Shown here: in pieces, positions 29,390-39,458 of the stretch | Position numbering within the stretch: the stretch's first letter is position 1 | Layout of the letters: each line of letters opens with the position of its first letter | NCBI GenBank assembly: GCA_002104945.1 | Contig: MCFH01000001.1 | Span: 2,108,001 to 2,172,000 of the forward strand | DNA from: Piromyces finnis finn | Lineage: Eukaryota; Fungi; Neocallimastigomycota | Direction of reading: 5' to 3' | Length of the DNA: 64,000 bases | Translations under genes and position numbers: made by a program | The notes under the pieces: generated by a model | The model's input: the letters and a program-made list of their open reading frames with translations, nothing else | Databases searched by the model: none | What the model was told of the DNA's origin: nothing

Positions 29390-32300
29390 ATGTCTAGATT
29401 AAAAATTCAAGAAGAAAAGGAAAGTATTCAAGTTGAAGAAATAAAAAAATTAGATATTGAGGATGAGGAATCAAAAAAACAACTAATATTAAATAAAAAA
29501 TTAATTACTCTTTTATTAAAGAATAAAGATGAGAGCATTATTTCTCAGTATATTGAAACTTCTGGAGTAGATATAAATTACTTTAATAATGAATACAATC
29601 CTTTATTTCAAATATTAAAAACATACCAAAAAGATGAAAAAATTCTTTTAAAATTATTAAACATCTTAAGTAAATTTCACGTTAATTATAATATTATATG
29701 GAAAGATAACAACACACCTTTATTTGAATTTCTAACTTTAGAAACAGATATTTGCTGCAAATTGTTAAAATTAGCAAAAGAAAATGGAGCAAATATTTAT
29801 CAATTAGATTTAAAGAAAAGAAATTTATTAATGTGTGCAATAGAATTGAAAGTTAATTTTAAAGTTGTTAAATATTTATTTTCATTAAATTTTAATCTTG
29901 GTCAACAAGATATTGATGGGAATACCGTTTATAATTATGCCACCATTAGTTTTAATATTAATAGTAATAATAAAGTGTTACCGTATTTATTAAAAAATTA
30001 CATTTATGATACTGATGTTATTATAAGACTTATAATAATGGGAAAAAATAAACAACCAACAAGTAAACAAAATATTATTAATGTAATAAAAAATGATAAT
30101 AAGTTAATTAATATTAAAAACAATGATGGTAATAATCCATTATTTATTTCAATAAGAAGTTACCGTCCTTTAAAAATCTTATCATATCTTATGCAATTGG
30201 GTTCTCATATTAACGAAGTTGATAATAACGGTTCATCTCCATTAATTATTGCTGCTGAAAGCAGAAATTATAAAGCATTTTATTATCTTATGCAATTTCA
30301 TCCAGATATAAATTTAAAAAACAAAAATAATGATACAGCTTTAATTATGGCTGCAAAGAATAACTATATAAATATGGTTAATTTATTATTGAATTTTTGT
30401 GAAGTAAAGAAAGGTGAATTGAAAAAAGCAAAGACAATAATAAGTATTATTACTTCAAATTCCCATTCAAGCTCATTAAATGATTTTGAAGATGAAGATA
30501 CTTTGAATGTTAAAAATTTAGATAATACAAAAAATTTAAAGGTAAACGAACAAAATAATGATGGGGAAACAGCATTATCTCTTGCAATTAAAAATGAAAA
30601 TAAAGAAATGGTTTATAATTTGTTAACTTGTGGAGCCGATCCATCTATCATGAACAATAAAAAAGAAACAGCATTAATTAATGCTGTTCAAATTAATAAC
30701 GAGAGAATTGTGGATTTAATTTTAAATGCCCAAGATAATATAAATGGAGTTGATGAAAATCACGATACAGCTATGATCATTGCCGTTAGAAATGGAAATT
30801 ATGAAATTGTTAAAAAATTAGTTAAAAGGAATGCAGATATTACAATAAGAGATAAAGATCATAATACCCCGTTAATGATTGCTATACGCAGCAAAGAAAA
30901 TATTCCAATCATCAAAATAATTCTGAGTCAACCTAATAATACACTTCATTATAGAGATAAAAATGGTAAAACTGCATTTTTATTAAGTATTGAAAACTAC
31001 TTTCTCGGAGTTACTAAACTGTTATTAGAATTTGGTGCTTCATTATCAGACTTAGATTCAAAAAAAAATAATGCTTTAATGATAGCTTGTAAATTTGGTA
31101 AAGAAGAAATGGTCCATTATCTTATTGAAAACAAAAGCATTGATCTAAATGCTCAAAATGCTAATCTAAATACGGCTTTGATTAAGGCTTGTAAATATAG
31201 TTATAATAGCACAACAGTAGCGATACTTTTGAATGAAAAAAATAATTGTAATTTGGAAATAAAAAATAACAAAGGTAATACAGCATTGCTTGTTGCGTGC
31301 TTAAATAAGAATATCGATATAGCAAAACATTTATTAAACCATAATGCTAATGTGGAAGTTATTAATAATGAAAATGTCACACCCTTTGTTATAGCTTGTC
31401 AAAATAATGATATAGCTATGGCTAATATGCTTATTAATTCTTATAAATGTAAAGTCAATTATGATGATCCAATTACGCAGGAAAAAATGAGCGATTGCTT
31501 TATTAATGCTGTAGAAAATGGTCAACAACAATTAGTTCTTTTGTTATTAAATAATGGGTATAAAATAAATATATCTAATAGAAATAATGGTTTTTATAAA
31601 CTTCTTTCAGCATTGATTACTGCCACAAATAATGCTTATTATAAAATTTTAGATGAAATATTAAGTAAACCATATTTTTCAGAAATATTAAAAGAATTTC
31701 GTCAGACAACAGTTTTAATTACAGCATGTAAACTTTTAAAGAAAAAAACTATTGAATTATTAATTAATTATCAAATTGATGTTAATGTAAGAGATGATCA
31801 TAATAATACAGCATTAATTGAAGCTTCTAATTATCCATATTTATTTAATAATATTAAGACGTTTATTAAATTGAATGCTAATGTGAATGTGATTAATGAT
31901 GAAGGCACATCTGCACTTTTAAATAGTTGTAAGCTGGCAGATAATAAAATATTTAAGCTTTTAGTTAATAAAGGTGCAAATATATATATTACAGACAACC
32001 AAGGAAATAATGCATTAATGTATGCTTGCTCTAATAATGATATATATAAAATAAGATATTTATTGAAAAAAGGTATTAATATTGATACCCAAAATAGTGA
32101 TGGAGAAACAGCATTAATGCAATCTGTTAGAGCTAGAAATGATAATATCGTGAAATTTTTACTTAAGTATAAGGCTAGTATTAACATTTTGAATAAAAAA
32201 AATCAAAGTGCATTGACTATTGGATTTATAACATTATATGATCAAGAGGTAGTTAATTACAAGGATTTATCTGTCATTAAAGTTTTAATTTCAAAAAATG

Positions 32301-33202
32301 CTGATCCAAATATTCCAATTGATGCCATAGGCAATAGTGTGTTAATGTTTTTAATTATGAAAAATGATATTAGTATGATAAAATATTTTTTAAAAAAATA
32401 TTCAAAGGTTTTAGATTTTAATCATAAAAATAATTTAGGACATAATGCCTTTACTTATGCTTTAAAATGCAAAAATAATGATATTATTAATCTTTTAATC
32501 TCAACAAATAAATTTGATGTTCTTAATGAGGATGACTATGGCAATGATATGCTAATGTATATTACTTGCAGTTTGAGCTTAAGCTCATTTAGAATTTTTT
32601 CAGCACATATTGAAGATACTGTAATAAATAAATGTAATCATAATCGAGAATCTTATTTAATTATGGCTACAAAAGTCAATAATGAAAAGATCATTGATAT
32701 TTTACTTGATAAGGGAATTGATGTTGATCATCAAGAATCTCAAGGTAACACCGCATTGCATTATGCAGCACTTCAAGATAACATGGCTACAATTGAAAAA
32801 TTAATTAAATATGGGGCTAATTTAGAAATTCAGAATTATAAGGGAGAAACACCTCTTATGGTTGCATGTCGTTTTAAACAACAAAACGCAATTAAAACAT
32901 TATTAGATAATGGAGCACAATCACTTTTTGTTGATAATGTAATATATAGTAAAGAAAAATCATTTGATTTTAAACAAAATCAAGATTTATATATCGAAAT
33001 GATGATTGAATATTATAATGATATATCAGCAATTGTACCAGATAATTATATGTCAAATATTACATTACTTAATCGTATGAAAGTATTCTATGAACCAGTT
33101 TCTATTAAAGATCGTATTGAAAATATGGAAGAATATATTAAGGATGGACTTGAAGAAATTTTTGAATTTTGTGTGGATGCCATAACGGGTAATGATGATT
33201 AA
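29390..33202 (+). CDS. Giant ankyrin-repeat protein, copy A (1270 aa, intronless)
   Basis: Single uninterrupted ORF. More than 20 ankyrin-type units (e.g. DGNNPLFISI, NGSSPLIIAA, DGETALSLAI, QGNTALHYAA, KGETPLMVAC). No other domain recognised. Confidence 0.93.
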   Translation: MSRLKIQEEKESIQVEEIKKLDIEDEESKKQLILNKKLITLLLKNKDESIISQYIETSGVDINYFNNEYNPLFQILKTYQKDEKILLKLLNILSKFHVNYNIIWKDNNTPLFEFLTLETDICCKLLKLAKENGANIYQLDLKKRNLLMCAIELKVNFKVVKYLFSLNFNLGQQDIDGNTVYNYATISFNINSNNKVLPYLLKNYIYDTDVIIRLIIMGKNKQPTSKQNIINVIKNDNKLINIKNNDGNNPLFISIRSYRPLKILSYLMQLGSHINEVDNNGSSPLIIAAESRNYKAFYYLMQFHPDINLKNKNNDTALIMAAKNNYINMVNLLLNFCEVKKGELKKAKTIISIITSNSHSSSLNDFEDEDTLNVKNLDNTKNLKVNEQNNDGETALSLAIKNENKEMVYNLLTCGADPSIMNNKKETALINAVQINNERIVDLILNAQDNINGVDENHDTAMIIAVRNGNYEIVKKLVKRNADITIRDKDHNTPLMIAIRSKENIPIIKIILSQPNNTLHYRDKNGKTAFLLSIENYFLGVTKLLLEFGASLSDLDSKKNNALMIACKFGKEEMVHYLIENKSIDLNAQNANLNTALIKACKYSYNSTTVAILLNEKNNCNLEIKNNKGNTALLVACLNKNIDIAKHLLNHNANVEVINNENVTPFVIACQNNDIAMANMLINSYKCKVNYDDPITQEKMSDCFINAVENGQQQLVLLLLNNGYKINISNRNNGFYKLLSALITATNNAYYKILDEILSKPYFSEILKEFRQTTVLITACKLLKKKTIELLINYQIDVNVRDDHNNTALIEASNYPYLFNNIKTFIKLNANVNVINDEGTSALLNSCKLADNKIFKLLVNKGANIYITDNQGNNALMYACSNNDIYKIRYLLKKGINIDTQNSDGETALMQSVRARNDNIVKFLLKYKASINILNKKNQSALTIGFITLYDQEVVNYKDLSVIKVLISKNADPNIPIDAIGNSVLMFLIMKNDISMIKYFLKKYSKVLDFNHKNNLGHNAFTYALKCKNNDIINLLISTNKFDVLNEDDYGNDMLMYITCSLSLSSFRIFSAHIEDTVINKCNHNRESYLIMATKVNNEKIIDILLDKGIDVDHQESQGNTALHYAALQDNMATIEKLIKYGANLEIQNYKGETPLMVACRFKQQNAIKTLLDNGAQSLFVDNVIYSKEKSFDFKQNQDLYIEMMIEYYNDISAIVPDNYMSNITLLNRMKVFYEPVSIKDRIENMEEYIKDGLEEIFEFCVDAITGNDD

Positions 33203-33207
33203 GTCAA

Positions 33208-33295
33208 AATAAATAAATAAATAAATGAAAAATAAATAAATAAAAAATAAATAAATAAATAAAAAATAAAAAATAAATAAATAATAAATAAATAA

Positions 33296-33326
<31 letters not shown>

Positions 33327-33400
33327 AAAGTAAATAAATAAAAAATAAATTAATAAATAAATAAAAAATAAATAAATAAATAAAAAATAAATAAATAAAA
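33208..33400. repeat. Degenerate (AAAT/AAAAAT)n tract just downstream of ankyrin copy A
   Basis: About 190 bp made almost entirely of AAAT-type units, starting a few bp after the stop at 33202. Confidence 0.9.
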
Positions 33401-34441
33401 TAATATTGAATATACTAAATAAAAATTAAAGATAATAATTAATCAAATTAATTTGAATAAAAATATATGTGTAACTTTTATTTCTTTAGCTGTAAATTTT
33501 TTTTATCTACATTTAAATGTTTCTAATATTTTGGATATTAGAAATTCCTTATTTTTTTTTTATTTAGAATTTAGTTTTTTTCTTTTCTTATAAAAGAAAT
33601 ACTTTATTACATGATTTTTTTATAGCTTTCACACCTTATAATGATACATAATTTTTTCAAATATTAAATTTTTATACTGCATTATTTTCTATAAGTTTTT
33701 ACATTGTTTTAATTTTTTAATTTATTTCAATTATTCCATATTTAAGAAATTAGAATTTCAGATCCTTCATTTTCAAATGGTTATTTTAAATTAAGAATAT
33801 ATAAAATTTTTATTATTATAATTATAATATTAATAATCATAATAAATAAGGTTCAAATATAAATTAAAAATTATTTTATTAAAACTTTGTATGGATTATG
33901 AAGATAGAGATAGTTTCTACATTCCTATGAGAAAGATTATAAAGCAAAAATAATTAAAAATGAAAATGATGCATTTATAATACCTTAAAAATACTATATT
34001 TTATTATTTAAAGATAAAAACAAATATATAAATAAAAATAAAATTAAGCATTATATTTATATTATCCAGAATTGTTTTAATTAATTTCTTTAAATTCTAT
34101 CAACTAATAAAAAAATAAAGTAATTTTATTATCAATTATTAAATACATGATATTGAAAACTAAAAATTAAAAGATTTATTATTGTTTGTATATTTGAAAA
34201 AAAAAAAAAAAAACTTGGTAAAAAACTCTAAAGCCAATTTTTAATATTAATATATATTAATATTAAACTTTAATAAGATTATATCAATATTCAAGTTCTA
34301 TTTAACTTTTTTTTTTTTTTTACAAAAATATTTTTTATTGTAATACAAAGTTAAAAAAAAAAAAAAAAAACAATAACAGCAATAGTAATAATAAATAAAT
34401 GCATAAATGAGGATATTATTAAAAGATATTTTTTTTAGAAA

Positions 34442-37400
34442 ATGGATCAAGGTATAACTGAAAATACTATTGAAAGAGGAATTTCTGAACTTGAACAAAT
34501 TAATCCAGTAAATAAAAATTCAAAAAGAGAACAATTATTACTTACTAAGAAATTAATTATTCTTATTCTTCAAAATAGAAGCGAAGAAATTATATCACAA
34601 TTTATTGAAACCTCGAGTGTAGATATAAATTATTTTAATAATGAATATAATCCTTTGTTTCAAGTATTAAAAAGATATCAATATAACGAAAGTGTAATTT
34701 TAAAATTAGTAAATATTTTAAATAATTTTGGTATTAATTATAACGCCGTATGGAAAGATGGCTATATACCATTATTTGAATTTTTAAAACTTGAAACCTT
34801 CACTTGTCTTAAATTATTAAAATTAGCAAGGAAGAGTGGTGCAAATATGTATCAATTGGATGGAAAAAAAAGAAATTTATTTATGTATTCTATTGAAATT
34901 AATGTCAATGTTATAATTATTAAATATTTATTGTCATTAAATTATAACATGAGCATTCAAGATATAAATGGAAATACAATTTATATGTATGCTACTCTTT
35001 ATCATTATAATTTAAATAATTCGTATGGGAAGATATTACCTTACCTATTAGAGAATTTTATTTTTAATAATGATATTATTATATCACTTATTTTAATGGG
35101 AAAAAATAAACGACCTGCAAGTATTCAAAATATTATTAATATTATTAAAAGTAATAATGAATTAATTAACATTAAAAATAATGAAGGGGATAATACTTTA
35201 TTTATTGCAATTAAAAATCATTTCCAACCCTATATTTTAACATATTTAATGCAATTAGGATCACGCATTGATGAAGTAGATAATAATGGCAATTCCCCAT
35301 TAATTCTTGCTACTGCGCACAGAAATTTTAAATCAGTTAATTGTATTATGTATTTTCATCCAAATTTAAATTTAAAAAATAAAAATAATGATACTGCATT
35401 AACTATAGCTGTTAGAAACAATGACATAAATATAGTTAAATTATTATTGAATTTTTGTAGTGAAGTTAAGGAATCAGAACAAATAATTCGTAACAAAAAA
35501 ACTATTTTTAGTTTTCGTTCAAAATCAATTGATGATTTTGAAGATGAAGATACTTTGAATGTTAAAAGTTTAGATAATACAAAAAATTTAAAGGTAAACG
35601 AACAAAATAATGATGGGGAAACAGCATTATCTCTTGCAATTAAAAATGAAAATAAAGAAATGGTTTATAATTTGTTAACTTGTGGAGCCGATCCATCTAT
35701 CGTGAACAATAAAAAAGAAACAGCATTAATTAATGCTGTTCAAATTAATAACGAGAGAATTGTGGATTTAATTTTAAATGCCCAAGATGATATAAATGGA
35801 GTTGATGAAAATCACGATACAGCTATAATCATTGCCGTTAGAAATGGAAATTATGAAATTGTTAAAAAATTAGTTGAAAGGAATGCAGATATTACAATAA
35901 GAGATAAGGATCAAAACACACCATTAATGATTGCAGTATGTAATGAATGCAATTATATGATTGTTAAGAAATTACTAACTTTACCTGAAAATACTCTATA
36001 TGAAATAGATAAAAATGGTAAAACTGCATTTTTATTAAGTATATTAAATAATTGTCCTAAAATAGCAGCTTTATTAATAGAATCTGGTGCTTCAATATCA
36101 GATATAGATACCGATTCAAAAAATAACAATGCTTTATTATTAGCAAGTAAATATGGAAATTATGAAATCGTTAGCTATCTTGTTAAAAATAAAAGTATTG
36201 ATATTGACTCACAAAATAAAAATTTAAATACGTCCTTAATTAAAGCTTCCAAAAAAAATAATGTTGATATTGTTAGATTTCTTTTAAGAAAAGGCGCTAA
36301 TCCAGAAACTAAAAATAAAAATGGTAATACAGCATTGATTGTGGCATGCCTTCAAAAAAATATGAATATAATTGAGTGCTTAATAACTTACGGTGCCAAT
36401 ATAGAGTGTTATAATAATGAAGGTTTTACTCCACTCATATTAGCATGTCAAAATAATGATGCGTCAATGGCGGATACTTTTATTAATAAATACAATGCAA
36501 AAATAAATTATACTAATCCCATTCTTAGAAAGGAAATGGATAAATGCTTTATTAAAGCAGTGGAAAGTGGTTATTTTAGAATTGTTAAATTATTATTAAA
36601 ATGTGGATATATTATTGATATATCCAATAAAAACAATAACTATTATAAATTACTTGTTGCATTAATTAATGCAACTAATAGTGCTTTTTATAGAGTTTTG
36701 AATGAAATATTACCAAATCCTTATTTTGAAGAAGTATTAAAAGACTGGCGCAATTCAGAAATACTTATTTTTGCATGTAGAAATTCAAATAGGAGAATTA
36801 TTGATTTATTACTTAAATACGAAGTAAATGTAAACGTACGGGATAAATATAATAATACTGCCTTAATTGAATTATCATCACAACCATATTTATTTAATTA
36901 TATTAAAGAATTAATAAAAAGAAATGCCGAAATAAATGTAATTAATAATGAAGGTATATCTGCACTTTTAAATAGTTGTAAAGAATTAGATAGTAGAATA
37001 TTTAAATATTTAATTAACAAAGGTGCAAATTTTTACTTATGTGATTTTTATGGAAATAACGCGTTAATGTATGCTTGCTCCTATGGGGATATTGATAAAA
37101 TAAAATTTTTATTAAAAAGACACATTAATATTAATACCCAGAATAACGATGGAGAAACAGCATTAATGCAATCTGTTAGAGCAGGAAAAGCTTATATTGT
37201 AAAATTTCTTCTTAGATGTCGAGCAAATGTTAATATTTTAAATCGTAAAAATCAAAGTGCATTAATCATTGGTTTTTTAACATTTTATGAAAAAGATATT
37301 GTTGATAATAATGATATAGATATTATTAAGATGTTAATTTTAAAAAAAGCAGATCTCAATGTTCCAATAGATACTTCAGGAAATAGTATATTAATGTTTT

Positions 37401-38245
37401 TAATTATGAAAAATGATATTAGTACGATAAAATATTTATCGAAATTATACTTCCGTCAGATAGATTTCAGTCACAAAAATTATTTAGGACATAACGCCTT
37501 TACTTACGCCTTGAAATGTAATAATCAAAAAATTATAAATTTTTTAATTTCAACAAATAAAGTCAATGCTTTTGATGAAGACGATAATGGTAATGATATG
37601 ATTATGTATACTATTTGTAATACGAATGTAGATTATTTCAAAAAACTTTCAGAATATCTTAATGGTAGTATGATCAATAAATGTAATTATAGTCGAGAAT
37701 CTTATTTGATTATGGCTACAAAAGTCAATAATGAAAAGATCATTGATATTTTACTTGATAAGGGAATTGATGTTGATCATCAAGAATCTCAAGGTAACAC
37801 CGCATTGCATTATGCAGCACTTCAAGATAACATGGCTACAATTGAAAAATTAATTAAATATGGGGCTAATTTAGAAATTCAGAATTATAAGGGAGAAACA
37901 CCTCTTATGGTTGCATGTCGTTTTAAACAACAAAACGCAATTAAAACATTATTAGATAATGGAGCACAATCACTTTTTGTTGATAATGTAATATATAGTA
38001 AAGAAAAATCATTTGATTTTAAACAAAATCAAGATTTATATATCGAAATGATGATTGAATATTATAATGATATATCAGCAATTGTACCAGATAATTATAT
38101 GTCAAATATTACATTACTTAAACGTATGGAAATATTTTATAAGCCAGCTTCATTCAAAAGTCGTTTTGAAGATGTGGAAGATATTATTAAGGATGGACTT
38201 GAAGAAATATTTGAAAATTGGGTTGATTCTTTTGTAAGTCCATAA
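34442..38245 (+). CDS. Giant ankyrin-repeat protein, copy B (1267 aa, intronless), tandem paralog of copy A
   Basis: Single ORF colinear end to end with 29390-33202 at an offset of about 5050 bp. Same repeat order, with two near-identical DNA blocks shared. Confidence 0.93.
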   Translation: MDQGITENTIERGISELEQINPVNKNSKREQLLLTKKLIILILQNRSEEIISQFIETSSVDINYFNNEYNPLFQVLKRYQYNESVILKLVNILNNFGINYNAVWKDGYIPLFEFLKLETFTCLKLLKLARKSGANMYQLDGKKRNLFMYSIEINVNVIIIKYLLSLNYNMSIQDINGNTIYMYATLYHYNLNNSYGKILPYLLENFIFNNDIIISLILMGKNKRPASIQNIINIIKSNNELINIKNNEGDNTLFIAIKNHFQPYILTYLMQLGSRIDEVDNNGNSPLILATAHRNFKSVNCIMYFHPNLNLKNKNNDTALTIAVRNNDINIVKLLLNFCSEVKESEQIIRNKKTIFSFRSKSIDDFEDEDTLNVKSLDNTKNLKVNEQNNDGETALSLAIKNENKEMVYNLLTCGADPSIVNNKKETALINAVQINNERIVDLILNAQDDINGVDENHDTAIIIAVRNGNYEIVKKLVERNADITIRDKDQNTPLMIAVCNECNYMIVKKLLTLPENTLYEIDKNGKTAFLLSILNNCPKIAALLIESGASISDIDTDSKNNNALLLASKYGNYEIVSYLVKNKSIDIDSQNKNLNTSLIKASKKNNVDIVRFLLRKGANPETKNKNGNTALIVACLQKNMNIIECLITYGANIECYNNEGFTPLILACQNNDASMADTFINKYNAKINYTNPILRKEMDKCFIKAVESGYFRIVKLLLKCGYIIDISNKNNNYYKLLVALINATNSAFYRVLNEILPNPYFEEVLKDWRNSEILIFACRNSNRRIIDLLLKYEVNVNVRDKYNNTALIELSSQPYLFNYIKELIKRNAEINVINNEGISALLNSCKELDSRIFKYLINKGANFYLCDFYGNNALMYACSYGDIDKIKFLLKRHININTQNNDGETALMQSVRAGKAYIVKFLLRCRANVNILNRKNQSALIIGFLTFYEKDIVDNNDIDIIKMLILKKADLNVPIDTSGNSILMFLIMKNDISTIKYLSKLYFRQIDFSHKNYLGHNAFTYALKCNNQKIINFLISTNKVNAFDEDDNGNDMIMYTICNTNVDYFKKLSEYLNGSMINKCNYSRESYLIMATKVNNEKIIDILLDKGIDVDHQESQGNTALHYAALQDNMATIEKLIKYGANLEIQNYKGETPLMVACRFKQQNAIKTLLDNGAQSLFVDNVIYSKEKSFDFKQNQDLYIEMMIEYYNDISAIVPDNYMSNITLLKRMEIFYKPASFKSRFEDVEDIIKDGLEEIFENWVDSFVSP

Positions 38246-39458
38246 AATTTATATATATATTTTAAAAAAACAAAACAAAACAAAAAAAAAAAAAAACGGG
38301 AAAATAGTTGAGTGATAATTAAATTAAGTTTACTTCTATCTTTTATAAAATAAATTTTATAATGTTATAAATTTATTTTCACCAAATTTTGATAAATGAA
38401 TTTAAATATTCATTTTTTTTTTTTTTAGTTTATTCATAATAAACAAAATAAATATTATAATAATAACAGAATTATAATAGAAAAATAAAAATAGAATAAA
38501 AGTATATAAACCGTAGATTATGATATAGGGAATAGAAAAAACCATACACATGAATATAAAAATATTAAATTAAGTATTGAACCATTTTTTAAAATTTCTA
38601 AATTTTTTTAACTGGTTTGAATGTAATAAAAAAAAATACAAATTAAAAAAAGATAAAAAAAAAAAAAAATTACTATTATTATTAACAAAATTTAAATTAT
38701 ATAAATCTATAATATTTAATAATAAATTTCAAAGAAATTAAATATAACAATAAAAAATTAAAAAAATAAAATAATAAAATAATAATAATAATAATAATAA
38801 AAAAAAATCATTATATTAAAATACATCTTACCAACATTAATTAAAATGTATTTTAAATTGATTATTTTAAAGTATATGATTATATTCATACTTTATTATA
38901 AAATTTTTCAATTATATTATTTATTGTAATTTTTTTATTTTGTTTATATTTTTTAATGAATATGTCAATTAATAATAGTTTATGTATAATGTAGTAGTAT
39001 TAAAAAGTAAACAAAAAACTTTAATTTCAGAAAAACTTTAATTGATATAATAAAAACTATAGAAATAAAATATAATCTAATGCTTAATATTTTTTTTGGA
39101 GTTAAAAAAGTAAAAAAAAAAAAAAAAAAAAATTAATTTTTATTTTAAAATAAAATAAAATTAGTGTGTTATTTTACAAATAGAATTAAAATTCAAATTG
39201 AATTTTTGTTTTTTATTTCAAAATAAAAAAAAAAAAAAAAAAAAAAAACAGTATCCAAAATAAAATTAAATTAAATAATATAGTATTAATAGAACTTCAA
39301 TAATAATATAAAAAATAACCTTTAATAGAATAACAAATTTATTCGATTTTTTTTTTTTTATTAATAAATTCAATAAAAAAAAAAAAGGATGAAAATTTAG
39401 AAATAATAAAAAATTTAATATTAATTGTTATATACTATTTATAAATAAAAATAAAAAA

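Noticed and set aside
31334-32187. Antisense ORFs inside ankyrin copy A (and similar ones inside the carboxypeptidase, ODA-DC2 and myosin genes)
   Set aside because: Short, no motifs, and explained by stop-poor complementary frames of real CDS.
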